A stretch of DNA of 64,000 nt from an uncultured Chloroflexia bacterium (GTDB lineage Bacteria > Chloroflexota > Limnocylindria > Limnocylindrales > CSP1-4). The DNA lies in assembly GCA_963772995.1 (NCBI GenBank), contig CAVYZQ010000005.1:12409-76408 (forward strand), read 5' to 3'. The translations under genes were made by a program, and so were the position numbers. This document shows, piece by piece, positions 21,248-30,727 of the stretch; positions within the stretch are counted from its first letter, which is position 1; every line of letters begins with the position of its first letter. The notes beneath the pieces were generated by a model. That model ran no database searches. It worked only from the letters and a program-made list of their open reading frames with translations, and was not told the DNA's origin.

Positions 21248-22436
21248 ATGACGTCCCGCGCGCTGCGTATCGCCCACGTCGCTCCTCCGATCGAGCGCGT
21301 CCCGCCGCACGGCATACGGCGGCACCGAGCGGGTCGTCTCCGAGCTCGTCGTCGAGCTCGTGCGTCGGGGCCACGAGGTCACCACCTTCGCCAGCGGCGA
21401 TTCGAGCGTCCCGGGCCGCCACGTCGAGACCGTCCCGGTCGCCCTTCGGCCCAAGGGCTACGGCGGCGATGTCGGCCCGTACATGCTCGCGACGATGCGC
21501 AAGGTCATCGACCAGGCGGACGAGTTCGACATCGTGCATTCGCACCTCGAATGGTGGAGCCTTCTGCTGGCAGAGGTGCTGTCCGTTCCGGTCGTGACCA
21601 CGTTCCACGGGCGGCTCGACAAGGACTGGGCTCGCGACGCGTTCCAGAACCCACCGGCGGGCCTCGTCGCGATCAGCCAGAACCAGGCTTCCACTCATCC
21701 CGACGTGCCATTCACGGTGATCTACAACGGGCTTTCACTCGAGGGGGCTCCATTCGACCGCCGCCGCAGCGACGCCCTCTGCTTCGTCGGACGGGTGACT
21801 CCTGAAAAGGGCATCGTCGAAGCGATCGAGATCGCCAAACAGGCCGGCCGTGCCTTGAAGATCGCCGCGAAGGTCGGTCCGACCCCGCCGGAGCAGGCCT
21901 ACTATGAGAGCGCGTTCCTGCCTGCCCTCGAGTCGGCCGGCTCCGACGTCGAGTTCCTGGGTGAGCTCGAACAGGCCGATCGCGACGCGCTCTTCGCGTC
22001 GAGCGCGGCCGCGTTGATGCCGGGCTCGTGGCCCGAGCCCTTCGGCCTGGTCGCCATCGAGGCGATGGCGTGCGGGACGCCGGTGATCGCGCGGCGGACC
22101 GGTGCCCTGCCCGAGATCATCCGGGACGGCGTCGACGGATTCTTCGGCGACGACGTGAGCCAGATAGCCTTCAAGGTCGAGTCCGTCGACAAGCTCGACC
22201 GCGCCGAGATCCGCCGCTCCGTGCTCGAGCGGTTCTCGGCGACCCGGATGACGGACGACTATCTCGCGCTCTATCGACAGATGCTCGGCATGGAGACCGC
22301 AGGGCCCGGACCGGATCGGGCGGCGCTTCCGGCTCCGAGCGAATCACCCGACTACCCTCGGCTCCCGCGGCCGTCCCGCGTCGGTGCGCTCGCCGCGGTC
22401 GAGACGCGGACGCGATCCGTCGTGCGGGGTCCCTGA
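21248..22436 (+). pseudogene. GT4-family glycosyltransferase, one frame hop
   Basis: ATG 21248 gives MTSRALRIAHVAPPIERVPPHG (frame of ORF 21104..21805). After a hop near 21315 it joins ORF 21360..22436 (…FVGRVTPEKG…, EPFGLVAIEAMACGTPVIA, the E-x7-E region). Confidence 0.8.
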
Positions 22437-22474
22437 CTGCGCGGACATGGGAGCGAGCCTCCAGCCAGATAGAG

Positions 22475-22502
22475 GAGCCCGGCCCCGCTCGGGACCGGGC
22501 TC
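22475..22502 (+). terminator. GC-rich hairpin downstream of the glycosyltransferase gene (possible terminator)
   Basis: GAGCCCGG…CCGGGCTC, an 8-bp outer stem with inner CCCG/CGGG pairing, 39 nt after stop 22436. No U tract. Confidence 0.3.
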
Positions 22503-22668
22503 GGGTCGGCGTCCGCGGCTGGAAGTGGATGCGGCCCTCGGGCGTCGCCGAGGTGGAAGGTAGATGCGGTCAGCCTGGCGGCCCGTCACAGGAAGCCATC
22601 GCTGCATAACAGCGGCATGACGGTCGGCACGCCTGGCTCGGGATGACGGGCCGGGCGCGGCCGGCCGG

Positions 22669-22842
22669 TCAGTTCTTCTTGCTGCGCTGTGCCTTCGTCT
22701 CGCCGTGCTCGCGACGGGTCTTGTTGACCGTGCGCGCTGCGCGCTCCTCCGCCTCGTCCTCGCCCACACCTCGATCCTCGTAGGAATCCTTGATGTGCTC
22801 GTACTGGCGTTCGCGCTTGTCACTCCACGCCTGCTGCGGCAT
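22669..22842 (-). CDS. Small basic conserved hypothetical protein (57 aa)
   Basis: ATG 22842 inside ORF 22669..23034, GGAGG 8 nt upstream. MPQQAWSDKRERQYEHIKDSYEDRGVGEDEAEERAARTVNKTRREHGETKAQRSKKN. From memory, similar proteins are often annotated as plasmid stabilization or stress proteins. Confidence 0.55.
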   Translation of the reverse strand: MPQQAWSDKRERQYEHIKDSYEDRGVGEDEAEERAARTVNKTRREHGETKAQRSKKN

Positions 22843-23062
22843 GTCCACACACCTCCATTCGGCTTGTGCGGCGATTGCACCGCGCGCCGCTGGACGTCCG
22901 GACTCATCCCACGCCGACGCGGTGTCGCAACGAGGTGACAGATGGCGAGGTTCGGCCTCGTCGCCGGCGTGCCACGGACGGCCGAATGGCCCGCCACTGA
23001 CCATCGTCCGGCACTCGCCGCCTTCGGCGGGCACGGGCTAGGGTTGGTCATCGGAGGTGAAG

Positions 23063-23335
23063 ATGGCGACCGCCATCGAGGAGATCCCCGATACCGTCCC
23101 GCGAGTCGAGGTCTTCCAGCCACTCGACATCGCGATGCACCGATGCAAAGGCTGCGAGCTGTGTGTCCACATCTGCCCCAGGCACGTCCTGGAGCTGGAC
23201 ACCACGATCGTCAATCCACTCGGCTACCACCCGATCAGGCTGACCGATGCCGCCGCCTGCACGAGCTGCGCGCTGTGCGCCCGGATCTGCCCGGATGTCG
23301 TCTTCACCGTCTATGCCCGCCCCAGGGAGCGCTGA
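23063..23335 (+). CDS. 2-oxoacid:ferredoxin oxidoreductase delta subunit (2x[4Fe-4S] ferredoxin)
   Basis: ORF 23057..23335. ATG 23063 sits 5 nt after GGAGG. Two cluster motifs, [12 protein letters not shown] and [12 protein letters not shown]. Confidence 0.85.
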   Translation: MATAIEEIPDTVPRVEVFQPLDIAMHRCKGCELCVHICPRHVLELDTTIVNPLGYHPIRLTDAAACTSCALCARICPDVVFTVYARPRER

Positions 23336-23336
23336 C

Positions 23337-24461
23337 GTGGTCGTGACCCTCGACTCCCCCACCTCGACGGCGCCGGTCCGGCCGGTCCTCATGAAGGGCA
23401 ACGAGGCGATCGCCGAGGCCGCCATCCAGGCCGGCTGCGACGCCTACTTCGGCTATCCCATCACCCCGCAGGCGGAGCTCCTCGAATGGATGGCCCGCCG
23501 GATGCCGGAGGAAGGTCGAGTCTTCGTCCAGGCCGAGAGCGAGCTCGCGGCGATCAACATGGCGCTCGGGGCGGCGGCGGCCGGGGCCCGGGTCATGGTC
23601 TCCTCGTCGAGCCCCGGGATCAGCCTGATGGCCGAGGCGATGAGCTACATGGCCGGATCCGAGGTCCCGGTCGTGCTCGTCAACGTCATGCGCGGGGGTC
23701 CCGGGCTCGGCAGCATCGGGCCGTCCCAGGCGGACTACTTCCAGGCCGTCAAGGGACACGGTCACGGCGACTACCGCGTGCCCGTCCTCGCACCGTCGTC
23801 GATCTCGGAGGCCGTCGACCTCGTGGCCGACGCATTCGAGATCGCGGAACGCTACCGGACGCCGACCATCCTCCTGACCGACGGGGTCATGGGCCAGGCC
23901 ATGGAGCCGGTCCTGCCGACCTACCGGACGCCAGCGCGCCCCGTCGATGACTGGCAGCTGTCGGGCGCCGACGGCCGGCCGCCTCGTGTCGTCCGCTCGC
24001 TGCACCTCGCACCCGAGGAGCTCGAGGCGCACGACATCGCACTGCAAGCGAAGTACAAGGACATCGCGGAGCGCGAAGTGCGCTGGGCCGGCGAGTCCCT
24101 CGACGACGCCGAGATCGCGATCGTGGCCTATGGCACGTCGGCACGGGTCGCGCGAACCGCGATCGAGCGTGCGCGTGAGCACGGGTTCGCCGTCGGGCTG
24201 TTCCGGCCCATCACGCTGTGGCCGTTCCCGTCCGAGGCGCTCGCCGCCCTCGCGCCGCGATTGCGGGCCATCCTCGTGGTCGAGATGTCGGCCGGCCAGA
24301 TGGTCGAGGACGTCCGGCTCGCTGTGGGCGACCGCGTCCCGGTCATGTTCCACGGGCGGATGGGCGGCATGGTCCCGACGCCCGGCGAGGTGGTCCGCGC
24401 ACTCCGGCGCGCGTGGGCCACGACCGAGCCACTGTCCGATACGGCGGGAAGACGACGATGA
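23337..24461 (+). CDS. 2-oxoacid:ferredoxin oxidoreductase alpha subunit (VorB/KorA-like)
   Basis: GTG 23337 in the frame of ORF 23247..24461, 2 nt after the delta stop. [25 protein letters not shown] and [21 protein letters not shown]. Confidence 0.9.
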   Translation: MVVTLDSPTSTAPVRPVLMKGNEAIAEAAIQAGCDAYFGYPITPQAELLEWMARRMPEEGRVFVQAESELAAINMALGAAAAGARVMVSSSSPGISLMAEAMSYMAGSEVPVVLVNVMRGGPGLGSIGPSQADYFQAVKGHGHGDYRVPVLAPSSISEAVDLVADAFEIAERYRTPTILLTDGVMGQAMEPVLPTYRTPARPVDDWQLSGADGRPPRVVRSLHLAPEELEAHDIALQAKYKDIAEREVRWAGESLDDAEIAIVAYGTSARVARTAIERAREHGFAVGLFRPITLWPFPSEALAALAPRLRAILVVEMSAGQMVEDVRLAVGDRVPVMFHGRMGGMVPTPGEVVRALRRAWATTEPLSDTAGRRR

Positions 24462-25282
24462 CACCGACGAATGCGCCGACCATGCCCGAGACGACACCGT
24501 CGCGGACCCATCCGGGCCGGCTCATCTACGCGAAGCCGGAGTCGCTGACGGAGAGATCGAGCCATTACTGCCCCGGTTGCGGGCACGGCATCATCCACCG
24601 GCTCGTCGCGGAGCTCCTCGACGAGCTGGAGCTCCGACCCCGGACGATCGGCGTCGCCTCGGTCGGCTGCAGCGTCTTCGCCTACGACTACCTGCCGGTC
24701 GACTTCGTCGAGTCGCCGCATGGGCGTGCCCCGGCGGTCGCGACCGGCGTCCGTCGAGCCCGCCCCGACGCGTTCGTGTTCACGTACCAGGGCGACGGCG
24801 ACCTCGCCGCGATCGGGACCGCAGAGATCGTCCACGCGGCGGCCCGTGGCGAGCGGATCAGCGTGATCTTCGTCAACAACGGCATCTACGGGATGACCGG
24901 CGGCCAGATGGCCCCGACGACGCTGCTCGGCCAGCGGACCACGTCGAGCCCGACCGGTCGCGAGGCCAGCCTGGCGGGCTACCCGATCCCCATCACCGAG
25001 ATGCTCGCCCTCATGCCGGGCGTCTCGTACGCGGCGCGCGGGTCCATCGCCGACCCGAGCCTCATCGGCAGGGCCAAGGCGATGATCCGGCGCGCCTTCG
25101 AGATCCAGCTCGCCGGCGGCGGGCTGTCGATCGTCGAGATCCTCTCGACCTGCCCGGTGGGCTGGGGACTCACCCCGATCGAATCGATGGAGCACCTCGC
25201 CACGGACGTCGTGGCGACGTATCCCCTCGGCGTGATGGTCGATCGGATGGCCGCCCCGCGTGCACCACGACCGGAGGCCTGA
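24458..25282 (+). CDS. 2-oxoacid:ferredoxin oxidoreductase beta subunit (TPP-binding)
   Basis: ATG 24458 (ATGA overlap with the alpha stop) in the frame of ORF 24218..25282. CPGCGHG and the TPP motif [11 protein letters not shown]…[12 protein letters not shown]. Confidence 0.9.
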   Translation: MTPTNAPTMPETTPSRTHPGRLIYAKPESLTERSSHYCPGCGHGIIHRLVAELLDELELRPRTIGVASVGCSVFAYDYLPVDFVESPHGRAPAVATGVRRARPDAFVFTYQGDGDLAAIGTAEIVHAAARGERISVIFVNNGIYGMTGGQMAPTTLLGQRTTSSPTGREASLAGYPIPITEMLALMPGVSYAARGSIADPSLIGRAKAMIRRAFEIQLAGGGLSIVEILSTCPVGWGLTPIESMEHLATDVVATYPLGVMVDRMAAPRAPRPEA

Positions 25283-25286
25283 GCGA

Positions 25287-25835
25287 ATGGAGCACGGAGC
25301 GATCGTCTGCGGGTTCGGCGGCCAGGGGATCCTGTTCGCCGGCAAGGTTCTCGCCCAGGCCGCGATGCTCGAGGGTCGCGCGGTGTCGTGGATGCCGTCG
25401 TACGGCCCGGAGATGCGCGGCGGGACCGCGTCATGCACGGTCGTCATCGCGGATCGCCCGATCGGCTCGCCGATCGTCGACCTGGCCGACAGCGTGATCG
25501 CCCTCAACCCGCCCTCGATGGCCAAGTACGCGCCGCTGCTCTCGCCCGGCGGCCTCCTGATCATCAACGATTCATTGATCGAGGCTGAGCCGGAGCGGTC
25601 GGACATCGAGGCCGTGAGGCTGCCTTGCACGCAGCTGGCCCGGACGGCCGGCGACGACCGCTACGTCAGCGTCGTCGCGCTCGGCGGACTCGTGGCCCGG
25701 CGGCCGATCGTCACGACGGCGTCCGTGGAGGCGGCCCTGGCCGAGCTGGTCGGCAGCCGGCCGGAGATCCTCAAGGCCAACCTGGCCGCCTTCGCGGCCG
25801 GGTACGAGCGAGCGAGGGTCGGCGCGGCGGTCTGA
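25287..25835 (+). CDS. 2-oxoacid:ferredoxin oxidoreductase gamma subunit
   Basis: ATG 25287 in ORF 25260..25835. [22 protein letters not shown] and SYGPEMRGG. Confidence 0.9.
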   Translation: MEHGAIVCGFGGQGILFAGKVLAQAAMLEGRAVSWMPSYGPEMRGGTASCTVVIADRPIGSPIVDLADSVIALNPPSMAKYAPLLSPGGLLIINDSLIEAEPERSDIEAVRLPCTQLARTAGDDRYVSVVALGGLVARRPIVTTASVEAALAELVGSRPEILKANLAAFAAGYERARVGAAV

Positions 25836-26292
25836 CCGCCACGTGACGCCGTCGAACGGCAGGGACGCGATGCGGACCTCGGCCGTCGACCGCCGGACAC
25901 CGATCCGCCGACCGGGACGTGATCCGGGCCGGGCGGACCTCCGCCGTCGACCGCCTGGTCGACGAGCAAGCGGGGCGGCGGGCGTGCCGGCGACGAAGAC
26001 GCGCGACCCTGAGCGTGACAGCCCAACGACCGTGGGATGGACGCGAGCCACGATGGACGCGACCCACGATGGTGGTTGGCAGTCAGCACGGAAGCGTCCA
26101 ACGCACGAGGACCTCGTCACGGCGGGCTCCACCGACGGGACCTGTGCCTGCCACGCACCATCCGGACGCCGGACACGGGTTCGCGCGGGCTTCGCGCGAG
26201 CTTCGAGGGCCCGGTGCTGACTGGCAGCCACGAGCCGCGGAGCAGGGCACGGTCACCGCCGGCCGGGCCGGTCGTCGTCTCGTCCAGGATCG
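25775..26292 (-). repeat. Copy B of the ~0.5-kb inverted repeat; fills the convergent intergenic gap between the OFOR gamma and hemerythrin genes
   Basis: Reverse complement of 18236-18768 at ~95% identity. Begins in the last ~60 nt of the intact gamma gene (stop at 25835) and ends 24 nt before the hemerythrin stop (26316). Confidence 0.9.
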
Positions 26293-26315
26293 GCGGGGAC
26301 GCGGGCGAGGGACGC

Positions 26316-26789
26316 TCAGGACGCAGCGAGCGTCACCGGCACCTCGTCCATCAGCAGCGGCAGGAGGAAGCGCTCCTCGCGCTCGATATGCGCCCGCAGG
26401 AGTGCCTCGAGCGCGAACAGGTCGGCGCGCGCGGCCTGCATGTCCGCCTTCGCCGGCTGCTTGCGGAGACGTTCGCGCTCGGCCACGATCCTGCGCGCGA
26501 CGTCGCGGATCTGATGGTGCTCGAAGGCCATGGCGCGGGTCGCCCATGGCGTCCCCGCCCGGCGCTCGAACTCCGGGTAGAGCCAGGTCTCCTCCCAGGC
26601 CGCGTGCGGGATCAGGACCTCGTCGATCCAGTCGACCACGTCGAGCATCGCGATGCACATGTCCGGTGCGGCCATCGTGCCGACCGCCATCGCGACGTCA
26701 TGGATCCGGTTGATGCCGGGGGCGAGCTCCCGGTGCTCGCGCTCCTCGAACGCGTGTTCGGCGATCGCCCCGTGCGGAGAGTCCGTCAT
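26316..26789 (-). CDS. Hemerythrin HHE cation-binding domain protein
   Basis: ORF 26316..26789, intact. His/Glu ligand pattern: EHRELAPGINRIHD, HAAWEETWLYPEF, FEHHQIRD, HIEREERFLLP. Confidence 0.8.
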   Translation of the reverse strand: MTDSPHGAIAEHAFEEREHRELAPGINRIHDVAMAVGTMAAPDMCIAMLDVVDWIDEVLIPHAAWEETWLYPEFERRAGTPWATRAMAFEHHQIRDVARRIVAERERLRKQPAKADMQAARADLFALEALLRAHIEREERFLLPLLMDEVPVTLAAS

Positions 26790-27043
26790 CGCTCGCCTCC
26801 TGCCCCTACCATCCGGTCGCCCGGTGAGGGTCGGGACGCCTCTCTGCGTAGCCTCGCTCGGTCGCCCTCGGGCGGATAGGGCCGTCGGTCACGTCCTCGC
26901 CCCCGTCATGGCCCGGGCCGCCCGCCGAGCGTCCCGCGCCCCTCGGCGGGTGCGCGCCCGCCTTCGCGAGACCCAGGCCTTCGCGAGACACAGGTGCAGC
27001 CGCTCGGACTCCCCCGCCGGACCGCGGCGCGACAGCCCGACCC

Positions 27044-27538
27044 TCAGCGGACCGCGATGAGCGCCTCGGTGACCGGGAACTCGATGAGCGTCCGATAGGC
27101 GGTCTCAGGGACCATGTCGCCGGGCCCGGCCTGGTAGCGCTCGCGAGCCGGGCCGGTGGATCGCAGGTCGTGCCGGTCGATCCATGTCGCCACGGCCGAG
27201 TAGGCGTCGGCGAGGGCGTCATACGCGCCCACGTGGACCGTTTGCGCGACCGTCGAGCCGGGTACGACCCGTCGCACGAGCCCGCCTGCGGCGATAAGGT
27301 CGAGGTCCACGTTCATCGCCACCGGCACGCAGACCTCCGCATCGATGCCGTCGTCCTCGAATGCGTGGTAGATGACCATACCGTCCCCGTCCGGTGCCAC
27401 GCCGACCCGCTGCATCCGGCCGTACAGCTCGCCGAAGGTGGTCCCGACGAACGGCGAGAGGTGCGCCCTGTCCGTCCGGGCGCGGATCGAGACGACCGCC
27501 TGATCGGGGACATGGCGGGTCGTGATGTCGTACGTCAT
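27044..27538 (-). CDS. GyrI-like small-molecule-binding domain protein
   Basis: Met 97 of ORF 27044..27826 (MTYDITTRHVPDQAVVSIRARTD…). Typical GyrI/AraC-effector-domain length and pattern. The coordinate is derived from the ORF-track offset. Confidence 0.7.
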   Translation of the reverse strand: MTYDITTRHVPDQAVVSIRARTDRAHLSPFVGTTFGELYGRMQRVGVAPDGDGMVIYHAFEDDGIDAEVCVPVAMNVDLDLIAAGGLVRRVVPGSTVAQTVHVGAYDALADAYSAVATWIDRHDLRSTGPARERYQAGPGDMVPETAYRTLIEFPVTEALIAVR

Positions 27539-27813
27539 GGGTGCTCCTCCCCTCGTGCAACTGTCACGGAGAGTCTCTGGCGGCGCGGGCGCCGTCGCCA
27601 GAGCCGTTCGGGCCGTTCGGCACCCGCCGGAGGCATCGAACGGCGCATGCGTCCGGCCAGCGCCGGGCCCGACGCTTCTCGGTACCGCATCCGAACGGAC
27701 GGGTCGCCGTCGGCACCGGATCGTCCCGAAGCCGCAGGTGAACACGCACGACCACCAGTGACGCAATCCAACGCCCTTCGGCAACAGCCAGTCACCGATC
27801 GAGGAGAGCCCGC

Positions 27814-29180
27814 ATGGACCGTACACGCGTCGTGATCATGGGCGCCGCCGGGCGCGACTTCCACGACTTCAACGTCGTCTATCGGCACGACGCCGGGCGT
27901 CGAGGTGGTCGCCTTCACCGCGACCCAGATCCCGGGCATCGCCGAGCGGTTCTACCGCGCGATCCTCGCCGGGCCGTACTACCCTGCCGGCATCCCGATC
28001 GTCGCCGAGGCCGAGCTCGATCGCGCTGATCCGCGAGGAGAACGTCGACGAGGTGGTCTTCGCCTACAGCGACGTCAGCCACGAGACGGTGATGCACGCC
28101 GCGTCCCGGGTCCTCGCCGCCGGCGCGGACTTCCGGCTGCTCGGCCCCGATCGGACGATGGTCCAGAGCCGCAAGCCGGTGCTCGCCATCGGCGCCGTCG
28201 CGGACGGGCTCCGGCAAGAGCCAGACCACGCGGTACGTGGCCGCAGCTCCTCGCCGAGCGCGGGCTGACGCCCGGTCGTCATCCGCCATCCGATGCCGTA
28301 CGGCGACCTCGCCGCGCAGCGGGTCCAGCGCTTCGCCACCTACGAGGACCTCGACCGTCACGAGACGACCATCGAGGAGCGCGAGGAGTACGAGCCGCAT
28401 CTCGATGCCGGCCGGATCGTCTACGCAGGCGTCGACTACGAGGCGATCCTGCGCGAAGCCGAGGCGGAGGCCGACGTCATCCTGTGGGACGGCGGCAACA
28501 ACGACTTCCCGTTCTACCGGCCGGACCTGTACCTCGTCGTGGCCGACCCGTTGCGGCCGGGCGACGAGCGTCACTACCACCCGGGCGAGACGAACATCCG
28601 GATGGCCGACGTGGTGATCATCAACAAGGTCGACTCGGCGACGCCCGAGGCGATCGACGCGGTGCGCGCCTCGATCGCGGAGCTCAACCCGACCGCCGCC
28701 ATCGTCACCGCGGCGCTCCGAGCTGACCCTCGACGGACCGCCCATCGACGGCCGCCGCGTCGTCGTCGTCGAGGACGGGCCGACGCTGACCCATGGCGGC
28801 ATGCGCTTCGGCGCCGGCGTCGTCGCCGCTCGCCGCTTCGGCGCAGCGGAGCTGGTGGATCCCCGCCCGGTCGCCGTCGGGTCCATCCGGGAGGTGCTCG
28901 AGCGCTACCCGGCGCTCGAGCCGCTCATCCCGGCGATGGGCTACGGCCAGGCGCAGATGCGAGACCTGGCGGCGACCCTCGACGCCACGGACGCAGACCT
29001 CGTCCTGTCGGCGACGCCGATCGACCTGACGCGCGTGCTGACCCTGGCCAAGCCGATCACCCGGGTCGGCTACGAGCTCGTCCCGGTCGGCGGCCCGTCG
29101 ATGTCCGACGTCATCGAGCCGATCGTCCGGATGGCCCGCACGCCGGTCGCGGTCGGAGAGCCGGTCGCCCGATCGGACCA
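27814..29180 (+). pseudogene. P-loop NTPase of the cyclic-2,3-diphosphoglycerate-synthetase-like family (family name from memory), at least 5 frame hops; 3' end approximate
   Basis: Pieces from ORFs 27814, 27905, 28053, 28293 and 28801. MDRTRVVIMGAAGRDFHDFNVVYR…, Walker A AIGAVRTGSGKSQTTR (seen after a hop), WDGGNNDFPF, VVIINKVD, EDGPTLTHGGM. No stop codon in any forward frame between 29100 and 29260, so the end is inferred from the expected length. Confidence 0.6.
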
Positions 29181-29250
29181 CGAGCGGCGCCCGACCGGGC
29201 GGCGCCGAGTCACGAGGGGCGGTCGACGGTCGCCGGCAGCTCGCGCCGCC

Positions 29251-29696
29251 CTACTCCACCCGCCGTTCGACCAGTTCGCCCACCCACGCGCGGAGCCGCC
29301 CGAGATGCTCCGGCGTAATGCTCCGAACCCGACTTCGCGATCCACCAGGCCGCTTCCTCGTTCGCCTGGCCGAGCTCGACCCAGCACTGGAGCATCCGCG
29401 TCCGCCCGGCGTTCGCGGTCAGCCAGGCGACCTCCCACGGGCTGATCGCGCATGTCCTCGAGGAGCGCCGCGTTCAATCCATCGATGTCGACGTCATGGC
29501 CCTCGTATGTCCCACCGGCGATCCGCTCGAGCTGGAGCGCCGCCTCCGCCAGCCACGCGCCCACGTGCCCGACCAGGTCGCGGACGGACCAGGCGGGATC
29601 CTCGTAGTACCCGGGCGTCATCCGTTCGTCGAGGGTGAGCTGCCGGACGAGGCCGGCCAGCTCGTACCAGGCCGCGCTCTCGGCCTCGAGTGCCAC
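29251..29696 (-). pseudogene. DinB-like / mycothiol-dependent maleylpyruvate-isomerase N-terminal-domain family protein, 2 frame hops
   Basis: ORF 29070..29696 (MALEAESAAWYELAGLVRQL…VRDLVGHVGAWLAEAA…), then ORF 29210..29395 (…MLQCWVELGQANEEAAWWIAKSGSEHY), then …EHLGRLRAWVGELVERRVE with stop at 29251-29253. Confidence 0.7.
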
Positions 29697-29726
29697 GCAT
29701 ACGGTATCGACGGCCGACGCGTCACG

Positions 29727-30003
29727 TCAGACCGGCTCCAGGACGAGCTGGTCCTCGAAGCACCACGCCCAGTCTTCGCCCGGCTCGAACGACCGGATGA
29801 TCGGGTGTGCCCGTGGCGCGCCAGTGCGCGGTCGCGTGCCGGTTGGGTGACTGGTCGCAGCAGCCGACGTGGCCGCACGTCAGGCACAGGCGGAGATGCA
29901 CCCACGATCCACCTGTCCGCAGGCAGTCCTCGCAGCCTACCGCCGAGGGCGTGACGTCAGCGATCTGGTCGAGGTGACCACACTGGTCTCGTTCTGGGTC
30001 CAC
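29727..30003 (-). pseudogene. UBP-type zinc-finger protein, one frame hop
   Basis: GTG 30003 (AGGAG 5 nt upstream) gives DPERDQCGHLDQIADVTPSAVGCEDCLRTGGSWVHLRLCLTCGHVGCCDQSPNRHATAHWRATG. A 1-nt insertion then precedes HPIIRSFEPGEDWAWCFEDQLVLEPV, with stop at 29727-29729. Confidence 0.75.
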
Positions 30004-30059
30004 GGGATCTCCTGGCGAAATCGCTCGGGCTCGGCGAGCCACCGCGAGGATACGTCGGG

Positions 30060-30727
30060 TCAGGCGAGGAGCGCCTTCGTGACGCGCACGGCGGAGCTCG
30101 CGTCGGGCGCATAGGCGTCGGCGCCGACCTCGGCCGCGAACGCCTCGTCGATCGGCGCGCCCGCCGATGATGATCCGAACGTCGTCGCGCAGCCCGGCCG
30201 CCCGGATGGCCTCGATCGTCCGGCCGATCTGAGGCATCGTGGTCGTCAGGAACGCGCTCATGCCGACGACGACCGGGCGGTGCTCCTCGATGGCGGCGAC
30301 GAAGCGCGCGGCGGGCACGTTGACGCCGAGGTCGATGACCTCGAAGCCGGCGCCTTCGAGCATGATGTCGACCATGTCCTTGCCGATGTCGTGGATGTCG
30401 CCGGCCACGGTGCCCATCACGAACGTGCCCGAGCGACGGCGCGTCGGTCGGCCGACAGGTGCGGCCGGAGGACCTCCATCGCGGCTCGCATCGCCCGGGC
30501 CGAGATGAGCATCTCGGGCAGGAAGTACTCGCCGCTCTCGAACCGGCTGCCGACCTCCTCGAGGGCCGGGATCATCGCCTCGAACAGCAGGGCCGTGGCG
30601 GCGCAGTCCCTGGTCGAGCCCGGCCCGGACCTGGCCGGCCGCGGGCTCCGCCTCGCCGTGGAGGACGTGGCGGTAAAGGGCGTCGAGGATCTCGGCGTCG
30701 CGCTCGTCGTCGCTGCCCGCGCGTCAT
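30060..30727 (-). pseudogene. Corrinoid (B12-binding) protein of methyltransferase systems, at least 3 frame hops
   Basis: ATG 30727 overlaps the upstream gene stop (ATGA). Helical cap …ALLFEAMIPALEEVGSRFESGEYFLPEMLISARAMRAAMEVL…, B12 motif GTVAGDIHDIGK, Rossmann part …VVGMSAFLTTTMPQ…IIIGGAPIDEAFAAEVGADAY…. Stop at 30060-30062. Confidence 0.8.

Noticed and set aside
18236-26292. Inverted repeats as the ends of a composite transposon or IS
   Set aside because: There is no transposase, integrase or resolvase ORF anywhere in the window, and I could find no short terminal inverted repeats or target-site duplication at the repeat edges. One edge is simply the 3' end of a housekeeping-type gene. 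It is kept as an unexplained repeat instead.
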